This document shows, piece after piece, positions 17,618 through 26,957 of a stretch of DNA of 54,795 nucleotides. Location of the stretch: the IMG/VR virus record IMGVR_UViG_3300045988_094320; one strand, written 5' to 3'. Under the pieces are notes generated by a model. That model saw nothing but the letters and a program-made list of their open reading frames with translations, had not been told where the DNA came from and ran no database searches. This DNA comes from a virus. A program made the position numbers and the translations under genes. The first letter of the stretch is position 1. Each line of letters starts with the position of its first letter.

Positions 17618-17776
17618 ATGAGTGTATCGAGGAAAGTCAAGCATAGAACAATGCTTGCAATCGGAAAAGACTGGATTTACGTGTATGGAAATGAAACACA
17701 CGTAAAAATCAAAAATGCCAAAACAGGGCAGACAAAAACACTTGTGAATAGGAAGAAAAGGAGAAAACGAAAATGA
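17618..17776 (+). CDS. Small basic protein (52 aa), not in the track
   Basis: MSVSRKVKHRT...LVNRKKRRKRK, tightly packed between neighbouring genes. Confidence 0.3.
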   Translation: MSVSRKVKHRTMLAIGKDWIYVYGNETHVKIKNAKTGQTKTLVNRKKRRKRK

Positions 17777-17886
17777 AAATTGTAACAGATTTCAATCAAA
17801 TGTCGGTTGAGGAATTACAGGTAATCGCAGATCACTTAGGTTTCGGTTTTGTGATCGACGGTGGGAAAATCGTGGAGGTAGAGTAA
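17773..17886 (+). CDS. Small protein (37 aa), not in the track
   Basis: MKIVTDFNQMSVEELQVIADHLGFGFVIDGGKIVEVE. ATGA overlap upstream; the stop abuts GTG 17887. Confidence 0.3.
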   Translation: MKIVTDFNQMSVEELQVIADHLGFGFVIDGGKIVEVE

Positions 17887-19806
17887 GTGAAGGCACTGAA
17901 AATTAAGTCAATCGAATTATCGAATTTTATGAAATTCGGGTCATTTAAGGCGGATTTTTCGGATTTTACCAAGATTTCCGGAATGAATGCAGAGGGAAAG
18001 TCAACAATCGCAACAGCTATCTTATGGCTTCTGTTTAATTGCGACTATGATATGCACGACAATCCGGCAGTCAGAAGAACCGTGGACGGAAAGCCGGTAG
18101 ATGATATGGACGTGTCCGTAACAGCCGTATTTTACATGGACGGTAAAGAGGTAATTGCTACCAAGATGCAGAAAAGAAAGTACGGAAAAGACGAAATTTC
18201 TTACAAGGATGATAATTCGTATGAAGTCAACGGCGTTCCGAAAACACTTACAGCATTCAATGAGTATTTTGAGATCGTACCTAAAACAGACAAGATTTAT
18301 GTTATTCCGAATGCGTTTCTCGCAAAGAAGCCGGATGATATGAGAGCCGTTCTTTTTGCATTGGTTGACGGTATTACAGATCACGATATCGCATCCAGAG
18401 CTGACGAATTATCGGAACTGGTTCCGCTGTTAGAGAAATACACCGCGGAAGAACTGAAAGCCATGAACAATAAGGCATCCAAAGATGGGAAAGATATTTC
18501 TGCTGACAGGAAATCCAAAATTGACGGCGGCATGGAACTGATCGCGCAGAAACAGGAACTTGATCTTGCGGAAGTAGAACTGAAAAAGAAAGCACTGGAA
18601 GATCAGCTTGCGGACTGCCTTGAAAAACAGAACGGCGCAGAAGGGCTTCTTGTAGCGTACGACAAAGCAAGCTCTGACGCTCTGAAACTTAGATTTGATC
18701 TATCTGATATGCAGAATAAAGCGAATGCGGAAGCCCGAAAGAATAAGGACGATGCAAGCAAAGAACTGGCACTTGCAGGAATAGAAGTCGGAAAACTCAA
18801 CCATGAGTTAGAGCGTGTTGCTACACACATGGCTACCATGTCAGATAAGGCAGACGCGGCAGAAGCCGGGAGAAAAGATCAGGCTGAAAAATGGAAGCAG
18901 GCAAAGGAACGCGTATTTGACGAAAACAGCCTTGTTTGCCCATATTGTGGTCAAGAGTTGCCGCAGGACAAGAAAGAAGCCATGATGGCTGAATTTGAAA
19001 GCCACAGGGCAGAGGAATTAAAGTCTATCGAAGCAAACGGAAATCTTTTCAGGAAAACCAAAGAAGAATGCCTTGCAGAAATCGAAGCAGACAGGGAAAC
19101 AGTTGAACGACTGGAAAAAGAGATTAGAAAAGCAGAAGAGAAGCAGGCAGAACTGAAAGAAAAGTACAATTCATTGCCGGATTCCGTGGACGTTTCACAG
19201 ACGGAAGAATACAAGGAAATCGAGAAAAAAATTGCAAAATGCGAAGAAACAATGAAGCAGTTTGATTCTACAGCCGGATTGAAAGAAGAATTGAAGCAGC
19301 AGGAAAACGAGATCAGAAAACAGATTGTTGACTGCAATAGTCAATTATCGGCAGCAGACACTACGGACATTGAGAATCAGATTGCTAAGTGGAAAGAAGA
19401 ACAGAAAAATGCGGAACAGGCTGTAGCAACGGCAGAAAAAATTCTGTATCTACTAAAACAGCTTGATAAGTGCAAGAACGAGAAATTGACCGAAGAAGTC
19501 AATAAACACTTTTCACTTGTTAAATGGAAACTGTTTGACTATGCAAAGAACGGCGAATACAAGAATTGCTGTATACCTACGGTTGACGGAAAGTCGATTC
19601 TTGATATTTCCAGTAACAAGGGCAATCGAATACTTGGAAAAATCGATATTTGCAGTTCATTTCAGAAAATCAAAGGTATTTCGATGCCGATTATTCTTGA
19701 TGATGCAGAAAGCCTTGACAGCGGAAATCTGAAAACAATATCAGAAATGGTTGAATCTCAGTTAATCGCACTGATCGTAACTGATAAAAAAATGAAAATC
19801 GAATAG
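17887..19806 (+). CDS. Rad50/SbcC-like SMC-family ATPase with a zinc hook
   Basis: Walker A GMNAEGKST, a long coiled coil interrupted by CPYCGQ (CxxC hook), and a C-terminal Walker B/D-loop MPIILDDAESLD. Confidence 0.75.
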   Translation: MKALKIKSIELSNFMKFGSFKADFSDFTKISGMNAEGKSTIATAILWLLFNCDYDMHDNPAVRRTVDGKPVDDMDVSVTAVFYMDGKEVIATKMQKRKYGKDEISYKDDNSYEVNGVPKTLTAFNEYFEIVPKTDKIYVIPNAFLAKKPDDMRAVLFALVDGITDHDIASRADELSELVPLLEKYTAEELKAMNNKASKDGKDISADRKSKIDGGMELIAQKQELDLAEVELKKKALEDQLADCLEKQNGAEGLLVAYDKASSDALKLRFDLSDMQNKANAEARKNKDDASKELALAGIEVGKLNHELERVATHMATMSDKADAAEAGRKDQAEKWKQAKERVFDENSLVCPYCGQELPQDKKEAMMAEFESHRAEELKSIEANGNLFRKTKEECLAEIEADRETVERLEKEIRKAEEKQAELKEKYNSLPDSVDVSQTEEYKEIEKKIAKCEETMKQFDSTAGLKEELKQQENEIRKQIVDCNSQLSAADTTDIENQIAKWKEEQKNAEQAVATAEKILYLLKQLDKCKNEKLTEEVNKHFSLVKWKLFDYAKNGEYKNCCIPTVDGKSILDISSNKGNRILGKIDICSSFQKIKGISMPIILDDAESLDSGNLKTISEMVESQLIALIVTDKKMKIE

Positions 19807-19815
19807 GAGATCAAA

Positions 19816-20079
19816 ATGGAAATTAAAAGAGAAACCACAGTGATGGTACTTACTACAGACGGAAAAGAAATCCGTGAAGGGAATTACGTTGTTTTCAATG
19901 CATCGGGAAGATGCCATGCAGGTTATTTCGCCGGAATTAGCAAGAAAGGTGCTTTGATTTTTAAAAGCATTATTTATGGCACAGATGTTACTTTTCATGT
20001 GATGCCTAAATGCATCGAAACAATTTATAAGGCTTCAATCAAATTGTCAGCAGAAAGCGAGGAAAAGAATGAGATTTAA
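19816..20079 (+). CDS. Hypothetical protein
   Basis: 87 aa track ORF in the operon. Confidence 0.45.
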   Translation: MEIKRETTVMVLTTDGKEIREGNYVVFNASGRCHAGYFAGISKKGALIFKSIIYGTDVTFHVMPKCIETIYKASIKLSAESEEKNEI

Positions 20080-21109
20080 TGCAGGAGACAATGTAAGAGT
20101 AAAGAAATTTAAAGAAAGACCTTTCTATTGGAATTGTGAAGGAAAAATGGATCATCTGATGGGGAAAGTTGTAAAAATTGAACGTACCGTAAACAGTAGA
20201 TATGTAGTGCGCGATTCCAAAAATGATTGCGATTGGATTTTTAGAGATGATGATCTTGAGCCGGTAAATGGAACCATCGTTATTTATAGCAAAGACCGTG
20301 AAGTTATCGCTCTTGACAAGGCTACAGGAGATAAAGCTATCGCACGTTGCAATCCGGCAGATGAATACGATTTCCGAATTGGTGCCAAATTGGCATTTGA
20401 ACGTCTCATGAACGGAAATAAAGAAAACATCACAGTTGAGGATATGCGAAAGAGGTTAGAGTCCTATTGCGGCAGTAGATCGTGCAGTGATTGCAAATTA
20501 AAATCCCCAACGTGTCGTTGCGGGATGGGTGTTCATTTCATGACAAAAGGCACAGCCGGTAATTACGCAATGAGCGACGAAGAAATCAAAGCTGCATTTA
20601 ATATCATATTTGGCACCGGCATTAAAGAGGTCAAACCGAAAGAACCGCATAAATTCAAAGTTGGCGATATTGTCAAGGGTAATTCGGAAAGTGATGGAAG
20701 GTACGCTATTACCACTAGCAATATGACAAGGGGCAAAGTTACCCATGTTTCAGAAAGCGATGCCATCACGATTGAAGTGTTAAGTCATAAGACCATGCCG
20801 AATGAAGTTGGGAAAGAATATGTCGATGTTGAATCTAAGTATTTTGACCTTGTGGAAGAAACGCCAAAGCTTTACAACGGCAAGATTATTTTTACTAAAG
20901 GAGACAACATATTCAAAACCGGTCATATTTACGAGGTTAACGATGGAAGAATAAACACGGATCAGTATGGACGTGTTCCTGCAGAAGAACCCTTTAAGGA
21001 TATTGAAGATGTGAAAGATTACTTTGTAGGAAAACGTGACGGAAGCAGAAAGAGAAAAAGAGGATGGTCGCAGTACACTCTTGAATTGATGGAAGTTAAG
21101 GAAGATTGA
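20069..21109 (+). CDS. Hypothetical multi-domain protein (repeated SH3/KOW-like GDxV modules)
   Basis: 346 aa with FNAGDNVRVKK.., FKVGDIVKGNS.., GKIIFTKGDNIF.., and a central CSDCKLKSPTCRC motif. Confidence 0.5.
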   Translation: MRFNAGDNVRVKKFKERPFYWNCEGKMDHLMGKVVKIERTVNSRYVVRDSKNDCDWIFRDDDLEPVNGTIVIYSKDREVIALDKATGDKAIARCNPADEYDFRIGAKLAFERLMNGNKENITVEDMRKRLESYCGSRSCSDCKLKSPTCRCGMGVHFMTKGTAGNYAMSDEEIKAAFNIIFGTGIKEVKPKEPHKFKVGDIVKGNSESDGRYAITTSNMTRGKVTHVSESDAITIEVLSHKTMPNEVGKEYVDVESKYFDLVEETPKLYNGKIIFTKGDNIFKTGHIYEVNDGRINTDQYGRVPAEEPFKDIEDVKDYFVGKRDGSRKRKRGWSQYTLELMEVKED

Positions 21110-21132
21110 CTAAAAGAAAGTGAGGAATATTT

Positions 21133-21360
21133 ATGATTTTATCCCAAAATGGAGAAGTTCAGGCACATGGTAATATAGCCGAATTGTCAGCAGATTTATT
21201 TGTAATTCTGCGTGTAATGAGAAAAAGAATAGGAGACAAATGCGTTGATATGGCATTGAAAAATTCACAACTTTCCGATGAAGAATTTTTAGAAGAAGTT
21301 AAAAGAACGAGAGAAGCAATGAGTTGCCTTAAAAATCTTTTTAAGGAGGAGGAAAAATAA
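21133..21360 (+). CDS. Hypothetical protein
   Basis: 75 aa track ORF with RBS AGTGAGGAA. Confidence 0.45.
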   Translation: MILSQNGEVQAHGNIAELSADLFVILRVMRKRIGDKCVDMALKNSQLSDEEFLEEVKRTREAMSCLKNLFKEEEK

Positions 21361-21362
21361 TT

Positions 21363-22436
21363 ATGGCAGAGAATACATCGGTTTCAGATAAAAAAGCATT
21401 TACCACTTCGTTAAGCGAGTGGAGTAATACAATGACAGGACTTATCATCAACGATTATAAGGCTGTCGGAATGGATATGGACGATTACGCAAAAGAGTGT
21501 GCTATGGAAGCTATGACAAGCATATTTAATCTTGTTAAGAGCGACCCTAAGATTAACATGGGAAACCTTGATACAAGTAATTTAAGGGGCATTGTCAAGC
21601 GTTGTGCAAGCCTTAAGTTGAATGCTAGTGCATATCCAAGAGAGTGTTATTTTCAATTAAGGAATGTAAAAATAGGAACTGACACGCAGACAGGCAAAGA
21701 TATATGGCAGAAACAGGTTGAAATGGGAATCGAGGGTACAGGTTATGACTCTTTGCTTGCAAACTACGGAAAAGATGTTAAACAGGTATATCCGTATTGG
21801 GTAATTAAAGAGGGTGACAAGTACATACCGCCTAAACATAAAGGGCTTACAGTTACAGAGCCAGAGTGGGAAGAAAACGGATTATCTGATAAGGCAGTAA
21901 GGGTTGTGTATCCTGTTAAGCTGTTAGACGGAACAGTAACATATCTTTCTGCTGATAGAGACAGTGTTAAGGTAAATCTTTTAGCTCATGTTAAGCAAAA
22001 CTTAATGAATGAGACTTTTGGTGTTTGTGAGGATAGATACCACGCGGCACCAAAGCAGAAAGCAGAAATTAAGGCTAAGAAAGATGAGATACTTAACGCC
22101 TTAAGAGCGTGCAAGACAGTAGATGAAATGCTTGAATGCGAACTTGCAAGACCTTTTATAAGCGGTGCTTGGATTGATACCCCAGAGAGCATGATTCAAA
22201 GAAAAATGTGCAACAATGCTACAAGAAAATATCCAAAGAATTATGACCCAATGGCACGACAGGCACAGGTTGAAATGGACGAGGTATATCAAGTTGCACA
22301 GGCTGAAATCGCCGAAAATGCTAATACTGTTGAGTTTATAGAAGATAAGGCAGATGTAGTTGACACCACGGCAACAGGAGCAGCTGACAAGCAGTCAGAG
22401 GAGCTACCACCATTTATGCAGAGCGAGGAGAACTGA
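21363..22436 (+). CDS. Possible ssDNA-binding/annealing recombination protein (function uncertain)
   Basis: 357 aa lying between the SMC-like ATPase and the MBL nuclease. It has an acidic C-terminal tail, EELPPFMQSEEN, reminiscent of SSB-type tips. No firm motif recognised. Confidence 0.35.
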   Translation: MAENTSVSDKKAFTTSLSEWSNTMTGLIINDYKAVGMDMDDYAKECAMEAMTSIFNLVKSDPKINMGNLDTSNLRGIVKRCASLKLNASAYPRECYFQLRNVKIGTDTQTGKDIWQKQVEMGIEGTGYDSLLANYGKDVKQVYPYWVIKEGDKYIPPKHKGLTVTEPEWEENGLSDKAVRVVYPVKLLDGTVTYLSADRDSVKVNLLAHVKQNLMNETFGVCEDRYHAAPKQKAEIKAKKDEILNALRACKTVDEMLECELARPFISGAWIDTPESMIQRKMCNNATRKYPKNYDPMARQAQVEMDEVYQVAQAEIAENANTVEFIEDKADVVDTTATGAADKQSEELPPFMQSEEN

Positions 22437-22437
22437 T

Positions 22438-22770
22438 ATGAGAGTGATTTCACAGGACGGAACAATTGATATGCCATATGAAGAGGTGATTATTCAGAGA
22501 TTCAGGTCAAGAATTTATTTTCTGAATAAAAACTTAACAGGCATTGAGTCGCTTAGTGATGACATGCAAATTGCTGAATATCCCACCGAAGCAAAGGCGA
22601 TTAAGGCTATGGAAATGCTTAGAGAAGCATATAACAATAATGAGTTTTATCATTGCACAGCCACAACAAATACATTTCAAGAAACTATTAGTCTTTTAAG
22701 CAACGAAAAATTCAAAGAGGTAACAAGCGAGTATTTTCAGTTTCCACAGGATGATGAAATTGAGGTGTGA
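22438..22770 (+). CDS. Hypothetical protein
   Basis: 110 aa from ATG 22438 (RBS GAGGAG). The track ORF start at 22360 overlaps the upstream gene. Confidence 0.45.
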   Translation: MRVISQDGTIDMPYEEVIIQRFRSRIYFLNKNLTGIESLSDDMQIAEYPTEAKAIKAMEMLREAYNNNEFYHCTATTNTFQETISLLSNEKFKEVTSEYFQFPQDDEIEV

Positions 22771-23504
22771 GTATGAGATTAAAATGCTTAGGCTCATCGT
22801 CAGCTGGAAATTGCTATCTGCTAACTTCCGAAAGTGGAGAAACACTTATTCTTGATTGCGGAATACCGATTAAGGAGATTAAGAAAGGCTTGAACTGGAA
22901 CATTAAAGATGTTGTGGGTGTGTTATGCACCCACAGCCACCAAGACCATAGTAAATCGGTTAAAGACTTAAACAATATGGGTATTCCTGTATGCACACCA
23001 TATAAAAAGTTACTTATGAGCCAGTTTTTATCTAACTCATATTTCACAGTCAGAACATTTGATCTAACAACAGTAGACGGCAGGTGGACACACACAAATG
23101 CAGATGGTAGCGAATGTCCGTGCTACGGATTTTTGATTTCGCACAATGAAATGGGAAGAATGATTTATGCGACCGACACAGAATTGATTAAGTGGAAATT
23201 CAAAGGAATAAATCATATTCTCTTAGGCGTGAACTATGACAAGGATTTAATCGACAGGGATAACGCAGGCAAAGCTAATCACGTATTCAGAGGTCATTTA
23301 TCCATTGACACGGCTTGTGATTTTGTTAAAGCAAATTATTCAGATAGCTTGCAGAATGTTATAATGTGCCATCTATCGGCAGAAAATGCTGATAGTGATA
23401 GTTTTATCGAGAAGATGAAAAAAGTTGCCAGAAATGCAAATGTGGACGTTGCGGTTGCAGGGAAAAGTTGGGATTTGAAAAATCCTAGTGAATGTCCGTT
23501 TTAG
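22767..23504 (+). CDS. Metallo-beta-lactamase-fold hydrolase/nuclease
   Basis: LGSSSAGNCYLL...HSHQDH (HxHxDH) motif, 245 aa. Confidence 0.8.
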   Translation: MSMRLKCLGSSSAGNCYLLTSESGETLILDCGIPIKEIKKGLNWNIKDVVGVLCTHSHQDHSKSVKDLNNMGIPVCTPYKKLLMSQFLSNSYFTVRTFDLTTVDGRWTHTNADGSECPCYGFLISHNEMGRMIYATDTELIKWKFKGINHILLGVNYDKDLIDRDNAGKANHVFRGHLSIDTACDFVKANYSDSLQNVIMCHLSAENADSDSFIEKMKKVARNANVDVAVAGKSWDLKNPSECPF

Positions 23505-23516
23505 AAAGGAGACCAT

Positions 23517-23669
23517 ATGGCTAAGTATAAAGATATTTTAGGAAATATGAGAGAGTGTGAGGATAAGACAATAACAATCAGCCTCGAAAGATACAATACT
23601 TTGATTATTAAAGAAGCTATTGCCGATTGCCTTGTAGAAGCCAAGAAAAAAGAGGAAGAAGATAATTAA
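23517..23669 (+). CDS. Small protein (50 aa), not in the track
   Basis: MAKYKDILGNMRECEDKTITISLERYNTLIIKEAIADCLVEAKKKEEEDN, with RBS AAAGGAGA. Confidence 0.35.
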   Translation: MAKYKDILGNMRECEDKTITISLERYNTLIIKEAIADCLVEAKKKEEEDN

Positions 23670-23684
23670 GAGGGAGATGAATAT

Positions 23685-23948
23685 ATGAGACTTAAAGATA
23701 CTACAGGAAGATTTGATAGTAGCAAATTCTACAAAGGCAAGTACAAAAAGTTTGAGTGCCATATAAATTATTCTTCTAATGATGATATTTGGTATTATTG
23801 CATATCGTCTAATGATGAAAGAGATATAAGACACAATAGCTTGTGGAGCGGTGAAAAATTTAAAACACAGGAAGAATGTGTAAATGCTTGTCAGAAATAC
23901 ATTGATGAGGTAATCAAAGGCAGAAAGGAGAAGAAATGGGGACATTAA
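23685..23948 (+). CDS. Hypothetical protein
   Basis: 87 aa track ORF with RBS AGGGAGA. Confidence 0.45.
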   Translation: MRLKDTTGRFDSSKFYKGKYKKFECHINYSSNDDIWYYCISSNDERDIRHNSLWSGEKFKTQEECVNACQKYIDEVIKGRKEKKWGH

Positions 23949-24253
23949 CAGAAAGAAATCCTTTGTGGATCAATGATGAAATGTGGGAAAGTGCTTGCGA
24001 GCCAGACTGTGAAGAAATAGACGCAGTATATCGAAAGCTAAAAGAATATGAGGACTTAGAGGAACAGGGCAGAATTGTTAAATTGCCTTGTAAGGTGGGA
24101 GATACCGTTTATTTTATAAAAAACAGTGAAACAATAGTCAAGTGCAAAGCAGATATGATATTTATCGGTATCTTTTGGGAAGAATTTGGTAAAAAATGGT
24201 TTCCGACAAGAGAAGAAGCAGAAGCAAAACTGAAAGAATTGAGAGGGCAGTAA
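23936..24253 (+). CDS. Hypothetical protein
   Basis: 105 aa track ORF overlapping its neighbours. Confidence 0.45.
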   Translation: MGTLTERNPLWINDEMWESACEPDCEEIDAVYRKLKEYEDLEEQGRIVKLPCKVGDTVYFIKNSETIVKCKADMIFIGIFWEEFGKKWFPTREEAEAKLKELRGQ

Positions 24254-24618
24254 TGAGTAAACGAAAAGCAATACCTAAAAAAGTGAGACAATCTGTATAT
24301 ATCATGCATAACGGACATTGCGCTTACTGCGGCAAGAAGATTGATTATAAAGATATGCAGGTAGACCATGCAACACCACTTAGGATAGGTGGAGCAGACG
24401 ACATTTCAAATTACATGCCAGCTTGTAGGAGCTGCAACCACTATAAAGCCACTTTAGATGTCGAGAGATTTCGAAAGTATCTTTCAGAAATACATAAAAG
24501 GCTTATGCGTGACAGCATACCTTATCAAGTGGCGGAGCGGTTTGGAATCGTTAAGCATGTGTCTGACGATGTGAAATTCTATTTTGAAGAATTGAGAGGT
24601 AGAGAAGATGGAAAATAA
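24253..24618 (+). CDS. HNH endonuclease
   Basis: From ATG 24253 (TAATG overlap): GHCAYCGKKI...QVDHATPL...NYMPACRSCNHYK. Confidence 0.85.
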   Translation: MSKRKAIPKKVRQSVYIMHNGHCAYCGKKIDYKDMQVDHATPLRIGGADDISNYMPACRSCNHYKATLDVERFRKYLSEIHKRLMRDSIPYQVAERFGIVKHVSDDVKFYFEELRGREDGK

Positions 24619-24892
24619 GTGTAAAAATTGTATTGCAAGGAATATGTGCGAGGATGTCACAGGAAGTTGTCAAGAAGCTATAGGCTATGCAAATACTATT
24701 TATAACAGAGCTCTTGGTGATTTGCGAAATGAATTAAAAAATCATTATGCAGAGCACAATATTGATAGTGTTTTAGGAGATAAAGACGCAGATGATTATT
24801 CTTATGCAATAGCTTGCAATTATCTTGAAGATTATATTGATGAAATGACAGAGAAGTTGAAGAGAGGTAGAGAAAATGAAAGTAGTAATTGA
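24608..24892 (+). CDS. Hypothetical protein
   Basis: 94 aa track ORF. Confidence 0.45.
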   Translation: MENKCKNCIARNMCEDVTGSCQEAIGYANTIYNRALGDLRNELKNHYAEHNIDSVLGDKDADDYSYAIACNYLEDYIDEMTEKLKRGRENESSN

Positions 24893-25256
24893 CATACCTA
24901 AAGATTTCACAGGAGATTATATTACTGATAAATTCAAAGATTTCTTTTCGAGGGTTATTGCAGATATTGATTGCAAAGGTATGTGTGGTAGATATGAGAA
25001 GGAAATTTCTGAAATGTTCTTAAAAGCATTTGATGATAGTGAAGAAAAGATTTTTTGCAACTGCCAGCACAATAGTAATTCAAGAGATAATGAGCCTTGC
25101 TGTAGGTGCGATAGCAGAAAGACCAATGCCGAAAGGATAAGGAATATGTCGGATGAAGAACTAGTAGAATTTCTTGTCGGATTTAAAAACACATTTGGCG
25201 AAGAATACGAAGGACAGGGCAGTTGCTTGGATTGGTTGCAATCGGAAGAAGAGTAG
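24876..25256 (+). CDS. Hypothetical protein with a C-terminal MSDEEL...WLQSEEE module
   Basis: 126 aa. Its C-terminal 40 aa are paralogous to the next small ORF. Confidence 0.45.
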   Translation: MKVVIDIPKDFTGDYITDKFKDFFSRVIADIDCKGMCGRYEKEISEMFLKAFDDSEEKIFCNCQHNSNSRDNEPCCRCDSRKTNAERIRNMSDEELVEFLVGFKNTFGEEYEGQGSCLDWLQSEEE

Positions 25257-25293
25257 GATCGTTGATATGACAAACGCATAGAAAATTAGAAGA

Positions 25294-25455
25294 ATGTCGG
25301 ATGAAGAGCTGGCAGATTGGCTTCATAACATGTGTGATTTTGAAAAGGACGAAGAACCTTATAAGTCAATTTGCAATCTTGACACAGAGAAAGAAGAGGA
25401 AATCCATGATAGTTACGGAGATTTATTAAAATGGCTTCAATCAGAAGCAGAATAG
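25294..25455 (+). CDS. Small protein (53 aa), a stand-alone copy of the MSDEEL...WLQSEAE module; not in the track
   Basis: MSDEELADWLHNMCDFEKDEEPYKSICNLDTEKEEEIHDSYGDLLKWLQSEAE. It shares the 14-nt ATGTCGGATGAAGA with 25146. Confidence 0.4.
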   Translation: MSDEELADWLHNMCDFEKDEEPYKSICNLDTEKEEEIHDSYGDLLKWLQSEAE

Positions 25456-25463
25456 GAGGTAAT

Positions 25464-25748
25464 ATGAAGTATATAAGCAATGCAAAATATGGAGATCCGG
25501 TTGAGTCTGGAACTATTTACAGGGGTGATAGCAAAAGATTAGGTATATGTGTTCACACACTATACGGTTGCGGAGAAACGCTATATATGAATTGTCAAGC
25601 ATTAAATATCCGCGATAGAAAATTAAATAGTGCATCTTTGATAGCCGCTATAAATGAAGCTCAATCATTGGTGAAACAGGAACTTGATTTACTCGGCAAG
25701 GAACTTAATGCCATATTGAATGGTGAGATTGAAATATCAAGGTATTAG
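25464..25748 (+). CDS. Hypothetical protein
   Basis: 94 aa from ATG 25464 (RBS AGGAGGT). Confidence 0.45.
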   Translation: MKYISNAKYGDPVESGTIYRGDSKRLGICVHTLYGCGETLYMNCQALNIRDRKLNSASLIAAINEAQSLVKQELDLLGKELNAILNGEIEISRY

Positions 25749-25760
25749 AAAGGATAGAAC

Positions 25761-26243
25761 ATGGAAGATAGATATTTATTCAAGGCGAAGGAACTTGATG
25801 ATGGAGAATGGGTGCAAGGATATTGTGTAAAAGGTTTGGATGCGTTTGAGAATTGTGAAGAAGCACACATAATATTTGAACCTAACACAATGTTTTATTC
25901 TAGTGGAGAGACAGACGGATGGTACAAAGTAGACCCAACCACAATCTGCCAGTGTACTGGCTTAAAAGACAAGAACGGCAAGCTGATTTGGGAGAACGAT
26001 ATTGTTTCTTTTGAAGATACAGGAGAGGAAGGATATGAATACAAAGAAGGATTTGATTTTATAAATAAGGCAATGGTCGAATTTGCAGAAGGGCGTTGGA
26101 GTTTAACTGACTTTGCAAGTGATAACAGTGGTGTTATGGATGAAATGTATGACCATGCTGAATTTATGGAATTTTGGCAATGTTGTGAAGTTATCGGCAA
26201 CAAATTTGACAATCCTGAGTTATTAGGGAGGAACGACGAATGA
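25761..26243 (+). CDS. YopX-family protein
   Basis: YLFKAKELDDGEWVQGY...QCTGLKDKNGKLIWENDIV is the typical YopX signature. Confidence 0.8.
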   Translation: MEDRYLFKAKELDDGEWVQGYCVKGLDAFENCEEAHIIFEPNTMFYSSGETDGWYKVDPTTICQCTGLKDKNGKLIWENDIVSFEDTGEEGYEYKEGFDFINKAMVEFAEGRWSLTDFASDNSGVMDEMYDHAEFMEFWQCCEVIGNKFDNPELLGRNDE

Positions 26244-26953
26244 GTGTAAAACCAATATTATTCAACACAGAAATGGTTCGGGCTATTCTGGGCGGACGGA
26301 AGAGTTGTACAAGGCGAATTTGCAAAGATGCCAATGAGTGTACTGTGCCGGATATGGATTTTTACAACGCTGACAAGAGAACTTATGCAGTACATAACTT
26401 TGCAGATAAGAAACATACGGAGCAGTTAAGCATAGCAGAAAGAACTTGCCCTATCTGTCCGGGAGATATCCTGTACGTTCGGGAAACATGGGAGCGTTTT
26501 GAATGTTGGAACTGTGATGGAGACGAAAGAGGGAATTGCCCCAAAGAACCAAAGAAAAGCGTTTTGGATAAAACATTGGGTTGCTATATGTATCGAGCAA
26601 CAGATGAAATAAGTGGAGACGCAAAGTGGCATCCATCTATTCATATGCCGAAAGAAGCCGCACGTATTTGGCTTAAAGTTACGGATGTGAGGGTGGAACG
26701 GCTGCATGACATCACATATAATGGAGCACTCCGAGAGGGTTCAGAAGGTATAAGATGCGATCATGTAGCACTCGGGGTGCATGGATGTACAGATTGCATG
26801 AATACTGGATGGATTGAACCGCCACAGGTCGAATTTATGCAGATATGGGACAGCACCATCAAGAAGCCTGACCTTGACCAGTACGGATGGGATGCAAATC
26901 CGTGGGTGTGGGTTATCGAATTTGAGCGATGTGATAAGCCGGAAGGAGTGTGA
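26240..26953 (+). CDS. ASCH-like (PUA-fold) protein
   Basis: N-terminus KPILFNTEMVRAILGGRKSCTRRI, followed by ILYVRETW and HMPKEAARIWLKVTDVRVERL. Confidence 0.55.
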   Translation: MSVKPILFNTEMVRAILGGRKSCTRRICKDANECTVPDMDFYNADKRTYAVHNFADKKHTEQLSIAERTCPICPGDILYVRETWERFECWNCDGDERGNCPKEPKKSVLDKTLGCYMYRATDEISGDAKWHPSIHMPKEAARIWLKVTDVRVERLHDITYNGALREGSEGIRCDHVALGVHGCTDCMNTGWIEPPQVEFMQIWDSTIKKPDLDQYGWDANPWVWVIEFERCDKPEGV

Positions 26954-26957
26954 ATTT

